A program made the translations under genes and the position numbers. A stretch of DNA of 33,750 nucleotides from Verrucomicrobiota bacterium (GTDB lineage: Bacteria > Verrucomicrobiota > Verrucomicrobiia > Limisphaerales > UBA11358), in the NCBI GenBank assembly GCA_050013895.1, contig JBEKEJ010000004.1, positions 1 to 33,750 on the forward strand. The letters run 5' to 3'. Numbering within the stretch: position 1 is the first letter of the stretch; each line of letters begins with the position of its first letter. The notes beneath the pieces are model-generated. The model saw nothing but the letters and a program-made list of their open reading frames with translations, did not search any database and had not been told where the DNA came from. Shown here piece by piece: positions 20,719 through 29,188 of the stretch.

Positions 20719-21648
20719 ATGGCAAAACCTGCTTTGGGACGCGGCCTCGGTGCGTTGCTGGGCGGCAGTCCGGTTCTGACTCCAACTTCGCCCGCGCCCG
20801 CCGTTCAAACTCCCACTCCAGCCGCGCCCGCGCCCGACACGCGCGAACGCGTGCAGCGCGTGCCGCTCGACCGGATTCGTCCGTGTCCGCTTCAACCGCG
20901 CAAGGATTTTCCCGCCGAATCACTGCGCGAACTGGCCGATTCCATCCGCGAACAGGGCATCGTGCAGCCGCTCGTGGTGCGCGACCGCGACGGCTATTTT
21001 GAACTGATTGCGGGCGAACGCCGCTGGCGCGCCGCGCAACTGTTGCAACTGCCGGAAGTGCCCGTCATCGTCCGCCAGGCAAACGACCGCGCGGCGCTCG
21101 AACTGGCGCTCATCGAAAATCTCCAGCGCGAGAATCTCAATGCCATCGAGGAAGCACATGGCTACGCGCAGCTCGCCGAGCAATTCCAACTGACGCAGGA
21201 GGACATCGCCGCCAAGGTCGGCAAGGGCCGCGTCGCCGTGGCCAACGCGCTGCGATTGCTGAAATTGCCTGCAACCCTTCAGAATTTCATCCGGGACGGG
21301 AGGCTTTCGGTCGGCCACGCCAAGGTCATCCTCGGACTCGCGAGCGAGAGAGACCAACAGATCATCGCCGAGCGTGTCATCAAGCAGGGTTTGAATGTCC
21401 GCCAAACGGAGGGCCTGGTCGCCAAACTGCAAAAGCGCGGTTCGCGCCGCGCTCCGCCCAGGCCGGAATTGGTCGCCGCGGCCGCGGGCGATCCGCACAT
21501 CGCGGATTTGGAGGCCCGGCTGCGCGAAGTCTTTGCCACCAAAGTGCAGCTTCACTACGAGCAAGGGAAAGGCTCGGTGGAGATTTCCTTCTTCAGCGAC
21601 GAGGAACTTGAACGGATTTTGCAAGTCCTTGGCGTAAAGCCCGAATAG
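20719..21648 (+). CDS. parB: ParB/Spo0J partition protein
   Basis: [34 protein letters not shown] and an HTH. TTGACA-N17-CACCCT lies 6 nt before ATG 20719. Confidence 0.95.
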   Translation: MAKPALGRGLGALLGGSPVLTPTSPAPAVQTPTPAAPAPDTRERVQRVPLDRIRPCPLQPRKDFPAESLRELADSIREQGIVQPLVVRDRDGYFELIAGERRWRAAQLLQLPEVPVIVRQANDRAALELALIENLQRENLNAIEEAHGYAQLAEQFQLTQEDIAAKVGKGRVAVANALRLLKLPATLQNFIRDGRLSVGHAKVILGLASERDQQIIAERVIKQGLNVRQTEGLVAKLQKRGSRRAPPRPELVAAAAGDPHIADLEARLREVFATKVQLHYEQGKGSVEISFFSDEELERILQVLGVKPE

Positions 21649-21737
21649 AATTGGCCGCAAAGAACGCAAAGGTCGCAAAGAAATTCAAATCGAACTGCTG
21701 GAAACATTTTTGTTCTCTGTGTTCTCTCGCGGCAAAT
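21649..21737. repeat. Inverted 9-mer array element (CGCAAAGAA-type)
   Basis: GCCGCAAAGAACGCAAAGGTCGCAAAGAA ... TTTGTTCTCTGTGTTCTCTCGCGGC. Confidence 0.65.
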
Positions 21738-21742
21738 AGAAA

Positions 21743-22315
21743 ATGATTTTACCAGTGCTCAAATACGGCCATCCGGCGCTCCGGCAAAAAGGTGTGCGTG
21801 TCGAAACCATCACGCCGGAAATCAAGAAACTCATCGCCGACATGTTCGAGACGATGGAGGCGAAGCACGGCGTCGGCCTGGCGGCACAACAGGTCGGCCA
21901 CGCGCTGCAACTCACGGTGATTGACGTGCGCGAGGCCAAAGACCGGCCGTCCTGGCTGGAATTGGACGGCAAACCCGCCGACGTGGACGACTTCATGCCG
22001 CTGGTACTGATCAATCCCGAAATCAAGCCAACGGGCGAGCCGGCCGCCGGCGGCGAGGGATGTTTGAGTTTTCCGGAAATTTTCGCGGAGATCACGCGGC
22101 CCGAATCAGTGACCGTGAAGGCATTGAACGGCAAGGGCAAACCGGTTGAATTTCGTTGCGCCGGCCTGCTCGCCCGCGTCGTGCAGCACGAGGCAGATCA
22201 CTTGAACGGCATATTGTTCATTGACCGGATGGACCGCAAAACCAAGGAAGAACTCCGGCCGCAACTCGACGAACTGCAGGCGGCAACGAAGGCGGAACTG
22301 CAAGAGCCTCAATAA
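21743..22315 (+). CDS. def: Peptide deformylase
   Basis: GVGLAAQQ, EGCLS and QHEADHLNG motifs. Confidence 0.97.
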   Translation: MILPVLKYGHPALRQKGVRVETITPEIKKLIADMFETMEAKHGVGLAAQQVGHALQLTVIDVREAKDRPSWLELDGKPADVDDFMPLVLINPEIKPTGEPAAGGEGCLSFPEIFAEITRPESVTVKALNGKGKPVEFRCAGLLARVVQHEADHLNGILFIDRMDRKTKEELRPQLDELQAATKAELQEPQ

Positions 22316-23808
22316 ACCTTCCGCAAATTAGAGGGCAGAATGTTGAGTTCGCCGCGGTATTTGGCGACGGTGCGGCGAGCGATGGTGATGCCCTTGTCGC
22401 CGAGCATTTTGACGACTTCCTGGTCGGACAACGGCCTGGCGGCATCCTCGCTTTTGAAAATGTCGGCGATCATGTCCTTCACGCTGGTGTTGGAGACGCC
22501 GGCGCCGCTCGCGGTTTGCAGGCCGGCGGTGAAGAAGTATTTCATTTCAAAAACACCCTGCGGGGTCTGCATGTATTTGGCGGAAACGGCGCGGCTCACG
22601 GTCGTTTCATGCACGCCCACCACCTCAGCCACCTGTGCCATCGTCATCGGTTTCAGGTGCGCGACGCCCCTTTCCATGAACTCGCGCTGGCGTTTCACGA
22701 TTTCCTTTCCGATGTTCAAAATTGTCTGCTGCCGCTGGTGCAAACTTTTGATGAGAAATTTCCCGGCGCGGATCTTTTCGCGGATGTAATTTCTGACTTC
22801 GGCGGAATTTCCACCCCGCGACATGAGGTCCTTGTAAATGTTGCTGATGCGCAGGTGGGGAATGTGCTCGTCGTTGGTCGTCACGGTGAAATCCTTGCCG
22901 ACCCTTTGCACGAAAACCTCGGGCAGAACATACTGGTCGGTGTCCGGCAAAAAGGCGCGCCCCGGCCGCGGCTCCAGGCGCGCAATCCGGCCGAGCGCGT
23001 TTTGCACGTCCTCGATGGACCGGCCGGTGCCGCGCGCAATTTCCGGGATGCGCCGTTTGCCGAGCGCGTCCATGAAATCGTGCACGATGCGGCATTCGAG
23101 CGTGTCCTGCTGGCCGGAACGCTCGAGCTGCAGCAGCAAACACTCGCGCAAATTGGTGGCGCCGACGCCGGGCGGGTCAAACGTCTGAATCACCTTCAAC
23201 ACCGCGGAAATTTTTTCGACGGGCAGGTTCGTCGAGGCGGACAATTCCTCGACCGTGGTCTTGAGATAGCCGTAATCATCAATGTTGCCGATGATCAACT
23301 CGGCGATGCTGCGCTGATCCTCGGACAAATCGGTGTCGCGCAACTGATCCATGAGCGTTTGCGCCAGCGACGTTCCGGCCACGAGCGAGTCCAGCATGAA
23401 CTGCCGCCGCTCCTCGTCCTCGGTGGATTGACGAATGGGAAGGTTCGTTTGCGAAAAATGATCGCGCCATTCCTGATCGAGCTGCACGAGCCGGTCGAAC
23501 TCCGCCTGAAAATCATCCACCGGTGCATCCGCGCTCTTTTCCTGGGCGGCATCAAACGCCGCGTCTTCCGGAGATGCGGCAGCCTCGGCAGCCACGGTCG
23601 CGTCGCTGTCATCCACCCCAGTCTGGTCGGACGAATCCGTTTCCGGCGAGTCCACTTCTTCGAGCACGGGGTTTTGTTGCAGCTCCTGCTCGACGAGCGC
23701 CTTGAGTTCCAACGTCGGTGCCTGCAGCAACGCCAGTGATTGCTGGAGTTGCGGCGCCAGTATCAGCGATTGCGTCAATCGCTGAGAAAGTTGCAAGCCC
23801 TGAACCAT
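22309..23808 (-). CDS. rpoN: RNA polymerase sigma-54 factor
   Basis: Gln/Leu-rich N-terminus, HETTVSRA and RpoN box ARRTVAKYR. Confidence 0.98.
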   Translation of the reverse strand: MVQGLQLSQRLTQSLILAPQLQQSLALLQAPTLELKALVEQELQQNPVLEEVDSPETDSSDQTGVDDSDATVAAEAAASPEDAAFDAAQEKSADAPVDDFQAEFDRLVQLDQEWRDHFSQTNLPIRQSTEDEERRQFMLDSLVAGTSLAQTLMDQLRDTDLSEDQRSIAELIIGNIDDYGYLKTTVEELSASTNLPVEKISAVLKVIQTFDPPGVGATNLRECLLLQLERSGQQDTLECRIVHDFMDALGKRRIPEIARGTGRSIEDVQNALGRIARLEPRPGRAFLPDTDQYVLPEVFVQRVGKDFTVTTNDEHIPHLRISNIYKDLMSRGGNSAEVRNYIREKIRAGKFLIKSLHQRQQTILNIGKEIVKRQREFMERGVAHLKPMTMAQVAEVVGVHETTVSRAVSAKYMQTPQGVFEMKYFFTAGLQTASGAGVSNTSVKDMIADIFKSEDAARPLSDQEVVKMLGDKGITIARRTVAKYRGELNILPSNLRKVY

Positions 23809-23818
23809 TTCCGTTTAG

Positions 23819-23846
23819 AGCTTAACCCAAATTCAACCAATGACAA
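23819..23846 (-). promoter_or_regulatory. Putative sigma70 promoter of rpoN
   Basis: TTGTCA-N16-TAAGCT on the minus strand, 10 nt before the ATG. Confidence 0.5.
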
Positions 23847-24000
23847 GCAAAACTTGGGTGATGCTCGGTTAGATTGTGAAAGAAAAGGCTTGATTTTATT
23901 GACTAAATTTGGGACAGCAATTTTTGGGCCTTTTTATTGGGAAATCCTCTCAAATTTGCTGTTGCCGTGCCTCTGTGCGAGATTCCCGCCGTGACAAATA

Positions 24001-24408
24001 TCAATCGTAGTCAAGCAAATCGTTTTTCCAAAGCGGGTGGCAAACCAAGTCCCAAGAGTCTATCAGCAGCCAATGTAAAATCTCATTCGGTGACTTTGCG
24101 GGACATTGAAAATCGGCGCTCCGAATCCAGCGCAGCATTTTCTCGCCATAGTCCAACCTGTCAAAAAAATAGTGGGCGTTCTCATCGTTCATCGCCTTCA
24201 AGTTCCCTGTCTCAATCCATGCCCTACAACTTTCTGAAATGGCATCCCGAATCACAGGCTCTTTGGCTATCATGGCAGCGAGAGCAGCAGGATTCTGTTG
24301 CCGTAAAGTCACTAAGCGAGCTTTTGTGGCCCAAATCGAAGCCTGTCCCAAAATGGGTTCTAACCGTGCTAGGGCCGCGTCCAGAGGATTAAGTTTGCCG
24401 TTTGCCAT
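24001..24408 (-). CDS. Hypothetical passenger protein (135 aa)
   Basis: ATG lies 2 nt after the transposase stop (MANGKLNPL...). No recognisable motif. Confidence 0.55.
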   Translation of the reverse strand: MANGKLNPLDAALARLEPILGQASIWATKARLVTLRQQNPAALAAMIAKEPVIRDAISESCRAWIETGNLKAMNDENAHYFFDRLDYGEKMLRWIRSADFQCPAKSPNEILHWLLIDSWDLVCHPLWKNDLLDYD

Positions 24409-24410
24409 AG

Positions 24411-25361
24411 CTATAAATGTTCCAAAAGTTCCTTTATTGTCCAGATGTGATTTGTGAGTCCAGCTGCTTGCGCGGGCGATTGTTTGGTTGTGTTGTGACG
24501 CCAGCAAAAATTCCAGTAGCAGACAAACAGGCCAACCGATAAACGCAGGTTTTCCAGTTTCTTGCTGTAACCGAGCGTCAGGCGTGTGAAGCGGCGATTG
24601 AAAATTCGCAGGTTCAAATTTTGCCGTTCAACGTGGCTTGTGCAAATCAAGTCCCTGTCAGGGTTGCCATAAACGGGCGTTCGCAGCGCCAAAATGCAAA
24701 CAGGCGGTGAATAGCGGCGGTCAGGGAAAATGCTGGCCGCATATTTTTTGGACAGCATGCCGTAATCCACCCCCTCACGCCCAAAAACCCGATTCACCGC
24801 GCCCAGGCTGCCGCGATAGCCTTTGAAATTGTCGGTTGAAAGCTGAATCCGATTTGCAAGCCGCTGCTTCAAATCGCCTAAATGCTCGTTTGTGGTTTCG
24901 CGTGTCCGCTTGCCAGTGTTGTAGCTGATGATGAGTTTTGAATCACGGCAAAAACTCAAAAACGTGTATTGCTCGCCCCGCTCCTCATCGCCGGTTTTGT
25001 TCCGCTCCTGTTTGCAAAAGACGTAGCTGTAAATTTCGTCCGTTTGAACATCAGCGGTTTTGACGTTGCGGACAGTCGCATCGTGAAAGCTGGTGCAACG
25101 CTCGCCAACGGTTGTCAGGATGTTCAAGACGGTTTCTTGGTCAAGACCGCTTAAACGGCTTGTGGCGCGTATTCCCACGCCTTCACAGAGCAGTTTAACA
25201 ACCTGCTCGACCTTGGCCGTCTCGACGCGCAAGCCGTCCAGCGGTTGTTTTTCGGAAAAAGTTTTGCCGCATCGCACGCAACGGAAGCGGCGAACGACGC
25301 GGTTTTTATTACGGAAATTGGCGAAGTATTTGGCTTCGCCGGAGCAGCAATGGCATTTCAA
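24411..25361 (-). CDS. IS1-family transposase (single ORF: Zn finger, HTH, DDE)
   Basis: CHCC...CVRC, LCEGVGIRATSRL, QTDEIYSYV, LSTDNF, TSHVERQNLNLR and RRFTRLT..YSKK motifs; TTG start. Confidence 0.9.
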   Translation of the reverse strand: MKCHCCSGEAKYFANFRNKNRVVRRFRCVRCGKTFSEKQPLDGLRVETAKVEQVVKLLCEGVGIRATSRLSGLDQETVLNILTTVGERCTSFHDATVRNVKTADVQTDEIYSYVFCKQERNKTGDEERGEQYTFLSFCRDSKLIISYNTGKRTRETTNEHLGDLKQRLANRIQLSTDNFKGYRGSLGAVNRVFGREGVDYGMLSKKYAASIFPDRRYSPPVCILALRTPVYGNPDRDLICTSHVERQNLNLRIFNRRFTRLTLGYSKKLENLRLSVGLFVCYWNFCWRHNTTKQSPAQAAGLTNHIWTIKELLEHL

Positions 25362-25593
25362 CTTGCCTTTCTAGGCAAGGAAAGCTAACGTGAAGTCGTA
25401 TCTGCGAAGATATGCGACCGGACGCGGCTCACCCTGCGTTTGGTTGCGCTCCGTAGCGGTGACACGCTGCGGAGCTTGATTTCGGTTGTAAATTTTGGGG
25501 ATTAGGGTGTGGTATCTTACGCTTATGGGGCGTATTGGTAATGTTTTAGTAGGCTTGCGACCTGCCACACCCGTTCCCCGAAATTGTTCAAAT

Positions 25594-26391
25594 TCATTCA
25601 TTGCTTTTTGGGTCCGCTAAAAGCTCGGTGACTCCATCGCTTACAATCAATGTAACCTTTATCCAGTTACAAATGCGTGTGTATTCCGCGCTCGAAATTG
25701 CGAGTGGCGCAGCCAGTGTGACCATACGTTTTTTATCAGGACTCAAATAAAGCGTGTGTTGATCCGGTTTGCTGGTTTGATCGTTTGGCTTCAAATCCGC
25801 TGGGGCATCATCAAGATTAAACTCGTTTGGTATTTTTCCGCTAGCAATCCCGTCCAAAACTTTTTTGCCAGCCGAAACAAGCGCTTTACAGCGCAAGAAT
25901 CCACCTGTGTCAATGGCTCCGATGAATTGAGCACTGCGAACAAAGCATCCGGCCAGAATGTTCTTTTTGCTAACCGGAATATCAGCCTCTGCGTGAATGA
26001 TGTTTCCGATCATCTCGTTGCCCGGTAACTTTCCTCCGTCGAATTTTTGAACCAATAGGCCGAATGATTTGGGGAATGTGAGCATCTTCACGGCTGCGGA
26101 TTCCTTGCCGTTTTCAACCGTAGGATAGAAATACTGCTTCGCAAGTTCTGTAAGAGAATAAGACCCACGACCATCAATCACGCCAAAAGATTTTGATGCC
26201 GCAACCCGTTGGAAAAAGCTTGGGCCAGTTTCCGCGTATTTTAGATGTTGAGCTAATAGGCTTCTCGAAACGGGTGCATTATTTCCACCCAAATCACGCA
26301 CAGCCTCCGCCACCTTCACGGCTTCCGATAAGTCATAAACCGGATAGGCAGCCTCAGTTTTCAGCACTTCGTTCTGGTCTTTAGTTTTCAT
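25594..26391 (-). CDS. Hypothetical passenger protein with putative N-terminal winged helix
   Basis: YPVYDLSEA...LLAQHL...SFGVI...YSLTELA pattern resembles wHTH proteins. Confidence 0.65.
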   Translation of the reverse strand: MKTKDQNEVLKTEAAYPVYDLSEAVKVAEAVRDLGGNNAPVSRSLLAQHLKYAETGPSFFQRVAASKSFGVIDGRGSYSLTELAKQYFYPTVENGKESAAVKMLTFPKSFGLLVQKFDGGKLPGNEMIGNIIHAEADIPVSKKNILAGCFVRSAQFIGAIDTGGFLRCKALVSAGKKVLDGIASGKIPNEFNLDDAPADLKPNDQTSKPDQHTLYLSPDKKRMVTLAAPLAISSAEYTRICNWIKVTLIVSDGVTELLADPKSNE

Positions 26392-26671
26392 CTCGCAAAC
26401 AATATAAACCTATTTCGTAGAACAGCGCAACAATAATCGTAGAATATGTTTCTTGCTATTCGTATCTGCCTGTATATCAATAGGATACAAATAGTAAGAA
26501 GTGCTCCGTATTGTTTGCTTGGGTGGTATTTCGTTCAACTAAGGGACATCCGCGTAGGTAAGCAACGGTCTCCCACATACGACTCGGAAGCCTATTCAGT
26601 TGACCGCACCGGCGTTTTGCGGGTTAATCGATTCACGATTTCCCGTGAAAAAGATAAAGCAAAGAAAGGGA

Positions 26672-27094
26672 ATGGCGGCGTTGATGGCACTAGCGGCAGT
26701 TTTGCTATATATGGGTGGGTATGGCGTGTGGCTCGGCATAACGCATGTTGGTCCCGGTGTATGGGAATTTGGCGGCGATGAACCTGGAACAGGTGGGGGC
26801 TTGGGGGTGGACGAATACCAGGCTGTAATCCCGTCCAATCAATACAAGCGGGAGTGTTACGCGAGCGCGGCAATGTTCTTTTTCTTCGGTGGGGTAATTT
26901 TGTGGCAAGTCGTCAAAAAGTGGAAAGAACGGAACGAGTTGGAAAAATCGTGGGAACAGATGCTCTCAAATCCCGACAATATCCAAGAGATTCATAAACA
27001 CCCTGAAAATTATCGGAATGATTTCAAGCAATGGATTAGGGAAAATCACCCCCACTTGGCGTTTTGGGAGTTGCCCCCGAACAGTTCAAATTGA
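26672..27094 (+). CDS. Hypothetical passenger membrane protein (2 TM)
   Basis: AAAGGGA before ATG 26672; two hydrophobic segments and a soluble C-terminus. Start could be GTG 26645. Confidence 0.6.
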   Translation: MAALMALAAVLLYMGGYGVWLGITHVGPGVWEFGGDEPGTGGGLGVDEYQAVIPSNQYKRECYASAAMFFFFGGVILWQVVKKWKERNELEKSWEQMLSNPDNIQEIHKHPENYRNDFKQWIRENHPHLAFWELPPNSSN

Positions 27095-27148
27095 AAACGA
27101 CACCACCACGATCAACGTTTGCACAATCTAACCGAGCATTGCCAAAAC

Positions 27149-27164
27149 TTGGCACGAAATTAGC
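27149..27164 (+). promoter_or_regulatory. Sigma-54 -24/-12 site upstream of hpf
   Basis: TTGGCACGAAATTAGC is GG-N10-GC and close to the consensus TGGCAC-N5-TTGC. Confidence 0.7.
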
Positions 27165-27246
27165 TTTTGGCCATAATGAAAACTGAAAATCGGCTTTCCG
27201 CCCACTTTCGCTGGATTTTGTCGCCCGTCGGTAGCATCTTCTGAAC

Positions 27247-27600
27247 ATGAAGTTGATTCTTTCGACGCACAACGTAACGCTGACCAAGGCCATTGAAGAT
27301 CATGTCCTGGACCGGCTGCAGAAGCTCGACCATTTCGACCAGCGCGCCGTTGACGCGCGCGTCACCCTCGAGCACGACCATACGCGCACCCCGGAGAAAC
27401 AATTCAGTTGCTCCTTCCGGCTGGCGGTGCGCGGTCCTGACCTCTTTGCCGAGGACGTCGAAAGCGACTTGTATGCGGCAATTGACCGCGTCACCAAGAA
27501 AATCGAACAGCAAATTCGCAAGCGCCACAATAAATGGAAGGCGCGCAAACGCAAAGTTGCCGCGCGCAGCAAGCGCAAACGCCAGGAAGTCGCTGATTGA
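27247..27600 (+). CDS. hpf: Ribosome hibernation promoting factor / RaiA (short)
   Basis: HNVTLTKAIEDHV and DLYAAIDRV..KIEQQIRK motifs; neighbour of rpoN. Confidence 0.92.
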   Translation: MKLILSTHNVTLTKAIEDHVLDRLQKLDHFDQRAVDARVTLEHDHTRTPEKQFSCSFRLAVRGPDLFAEDVESDLYAAIDRVTKKIEQQIRKRHNKWKARKRKVAARSKRKRQEVAD

Positions 27601-27606
27601 TTGAAT

Positions 27607-27682
27607 GTGACGCGTGACCGGCGACGGTTGACATGAGCCGTCCCCGCCATTTTCCCGTCACGCATCATCCGCCGCCGGTCAC
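27607..27682. repeat. Degenerate inverted heptamer array (GTGACNN)4 ... (NNGTCAC)4
   Basis: GTGACGC GTGACCG GCGACGG TTGACAT ... CCGTCAC GCATCAT CCGCCGC CGGTCAC. Confidence 0.6.
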
Positions 27683-27688
27683 GTGCCC

Positions 27689-28933
27689 ATGATACTTCGC
27701 GCCCGCGTTGTCGCGCCGGTTTCGCAGCCGCCGATTGAAAACGGCGCGGCCATCATTTTCCGAAACCGCATTCGCGCCGTCGGCGCGTGGCGGGATTTGA
27801 GGCCCCGCGCAACCGGGGAGACGGTTGATCTGGGCGAAGTCATTCTGCTGCCGGGACTCGTGAATGCGCATTGCCACCTCGATTACACCGACATGGCCGG
27901 GCTGCTGGCGCCGACGAAGACCTTCACCGATTGGATTCACCTCATGATCTCGGCCAAGGCGCAGTGGGGATACGCGGAATACGCACGATCCTGGCTGAAC
28001 GGGGCGCGCATGCTGCTGCAAACGGGAACCACCACCGCGGCCGACATCGAAACCGTGCCCGATCTCCTGCCGGAGGTGTGGAACGCAACGCCGCTTCGCA
28101 TTTTCTCGTTTCTCGAAATGACCGGCATTCGCGCCCGGCGCGAGCCGCGCGCCGTGCTGCGAGAGGCTGTCGAAAAAATCGAGTCGCTCACGCATCCGCG
28201 CTGCTGCGCCTCGCTCTCGCCCCATGCGCCCTACTCCACCCTGCCCGAACTGCTTCGTCTCAGCGCGCGCGCCGCGCGCAATAAACGGCTGCCCATCACC
28301 ACCCACGTCGCCGAATCCGCCCAGGAATTCGAAATGTTCGTCCACGCGCGCGGCGCGATGCACGCCTGGCTGAAACAGAACGAACGCGACATGACCGATT
28401 GCGGCCTCGGTTCGCCGGTGGAACACCTGGCGCGAAATGGAATCCTCGCGAAAAATCTCCTGGCGGTGCATGCCAATTATCTGGGCCGAAGGGACGCCGC
28501 GCTGCTGGCCCGGCGGAACGTCAGCGTCGTTCATTGTCCGCGCAGCCATTTTTATTTCAAACACCACTCGTTTCCGCTCGGTAGACTGTTGAAGGCCGGG
28601 GTGAACGTTTGTCTCGGCACCGACAGCCTGGCCACGGTCTATAAGACGCGGCGCGAGGAGCCGGAATTGAGTTTGTTTGAAGAAATGCGCGTGCTGGCGG
28701 CCGGGCATCCGGGGCTTTCACCGAACAAAATCCTGCGAATGGCCACCGTCAACGGCGCCAAAGCCCTCGGCCTGGCCGGGCGTATCGGCGAACTTTCGAG
28801 AAACGCCTTCGCCGACCTGGTAGCCATTCCTTTCGCCGGGAAAAGGTCCGGGGCGGCCGAAGCCATCATCAATTTCTCCGAACATGTCCGCGCTTCAATG
28901 ATTGACGGCCAATGGGCCACCGCGCCGGATTGA
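27689..28933 (+). CDS. Metal-dependent amidohydrolase (MTA/SAH- or aminofutalosine-deaminase-like)
   Basis: PGLVNAHCHL, PHAPYS, HVAE, VHCPRS and GTDS motifs. Start is 27683 or 27689. Confidence 0.85.
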   Translation: MILRARVVAPVSQPPIENGAAIIFRNRIRAVGAWRDLRPRATGETVDLGEVILLPGLVNAHCHLDYTDMAGLLAPTKTFTDWIHLMISAKAQWGYAEYARSWLNGARMLLQTGTTTAADIETVPDLLPEVWNATPLRIFSFLEMTGIRARREPRAVLREAVEKIESLTHPRCCASLSPHAPYSTLPELLRLSARAARNKRLPITTHVAESAQEFEMFVHARGAMHAWLKQNERDMTDCGLGSPVEHLARNGILAKNLLAVHANYLGRRDAALLARRNVSVVHCPRSHFYFKHHSFPLGRLLKAGVNVCLGTDSLATVYKTRREEPELSLFEEMRVLAAGHPGLSPNKILRMATVNGAKALGLAGRIGELSRNAFADLVAIPFAGKRSGAAEAIINFSEHVRASMIDGQWATAPD

Positions 28934-28951
28934 TCCTAGAAAACGCAGTTC

Positions 28952-29072
28952 AACCACGGATGGACACAGATGGACTCGGATTCCAAGAACTTGCAGAAGG
29001 CGAGAGGCTCACCCGGAGGGTGAACGAAGCGCGCAACCCAAAATCCGTGTTTATCCGTGTTCATCCGTGGTT
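28952..29072. repeat. Inverted decamer-array element
   Basis: Left end AACCACGGATGGACACAGATGGACTCGGATT; reverse complement of right end AACCACGGATGAACACGGATAAACACGGATT (31-bp inverted repeats, 10-bp period). Confidence 0.85.
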
Positions 29073-29117
29073 TATGACTTCTTCGTGCGATTCCAACTGC
29101 GGAATTTAGGTTGATAT

Positions 29118-29180
29118 GCGATTTACGATTGACGCCACTGCCGCCTTTTTGCTCGTAAATCGTAAATCGTAAATCGTAAA
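29118..29180. repeat. Inverted heptamer array ending in (TCGTAAA)4
   Basis: GCGATTT ACGATTG faces four perfect TCGTAAA units at 29153-29180. Confidence 0.8.
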
Positions 29181-29188
29181 TTTGGCGC

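Larger units (their letters stand above)
23857..27143 (-). mobile_element. IS1-family element with passenger genes (tIS), 3287 bp
   Basis: 22-bp terminal inverted repeats GGTGATGCTCGGTTAGATTGTG / GGCAATGCTCGGTTAGATTGTG (20/22 match). 8-bp TSD AAAACTTG at 23849-23856 and 27144-27151. Visibly more AT-rich; encodes a DDE transposase. Confidence 0.92.

Noticed and set aside
23937-24392. 151-aa plus-strand ORF inside the IS
   Set aside because: Ser-rich, TTG start, and antisense to a better-supported coupled ORF.
25371-25601. 76-aa ORF upstream of the transposase as an InsA-like frameshift partner
   Set aside because: The transposase already has its Zn finger and HTH, and this ORF runs across the hairpins; it cannot be entirely excluded.
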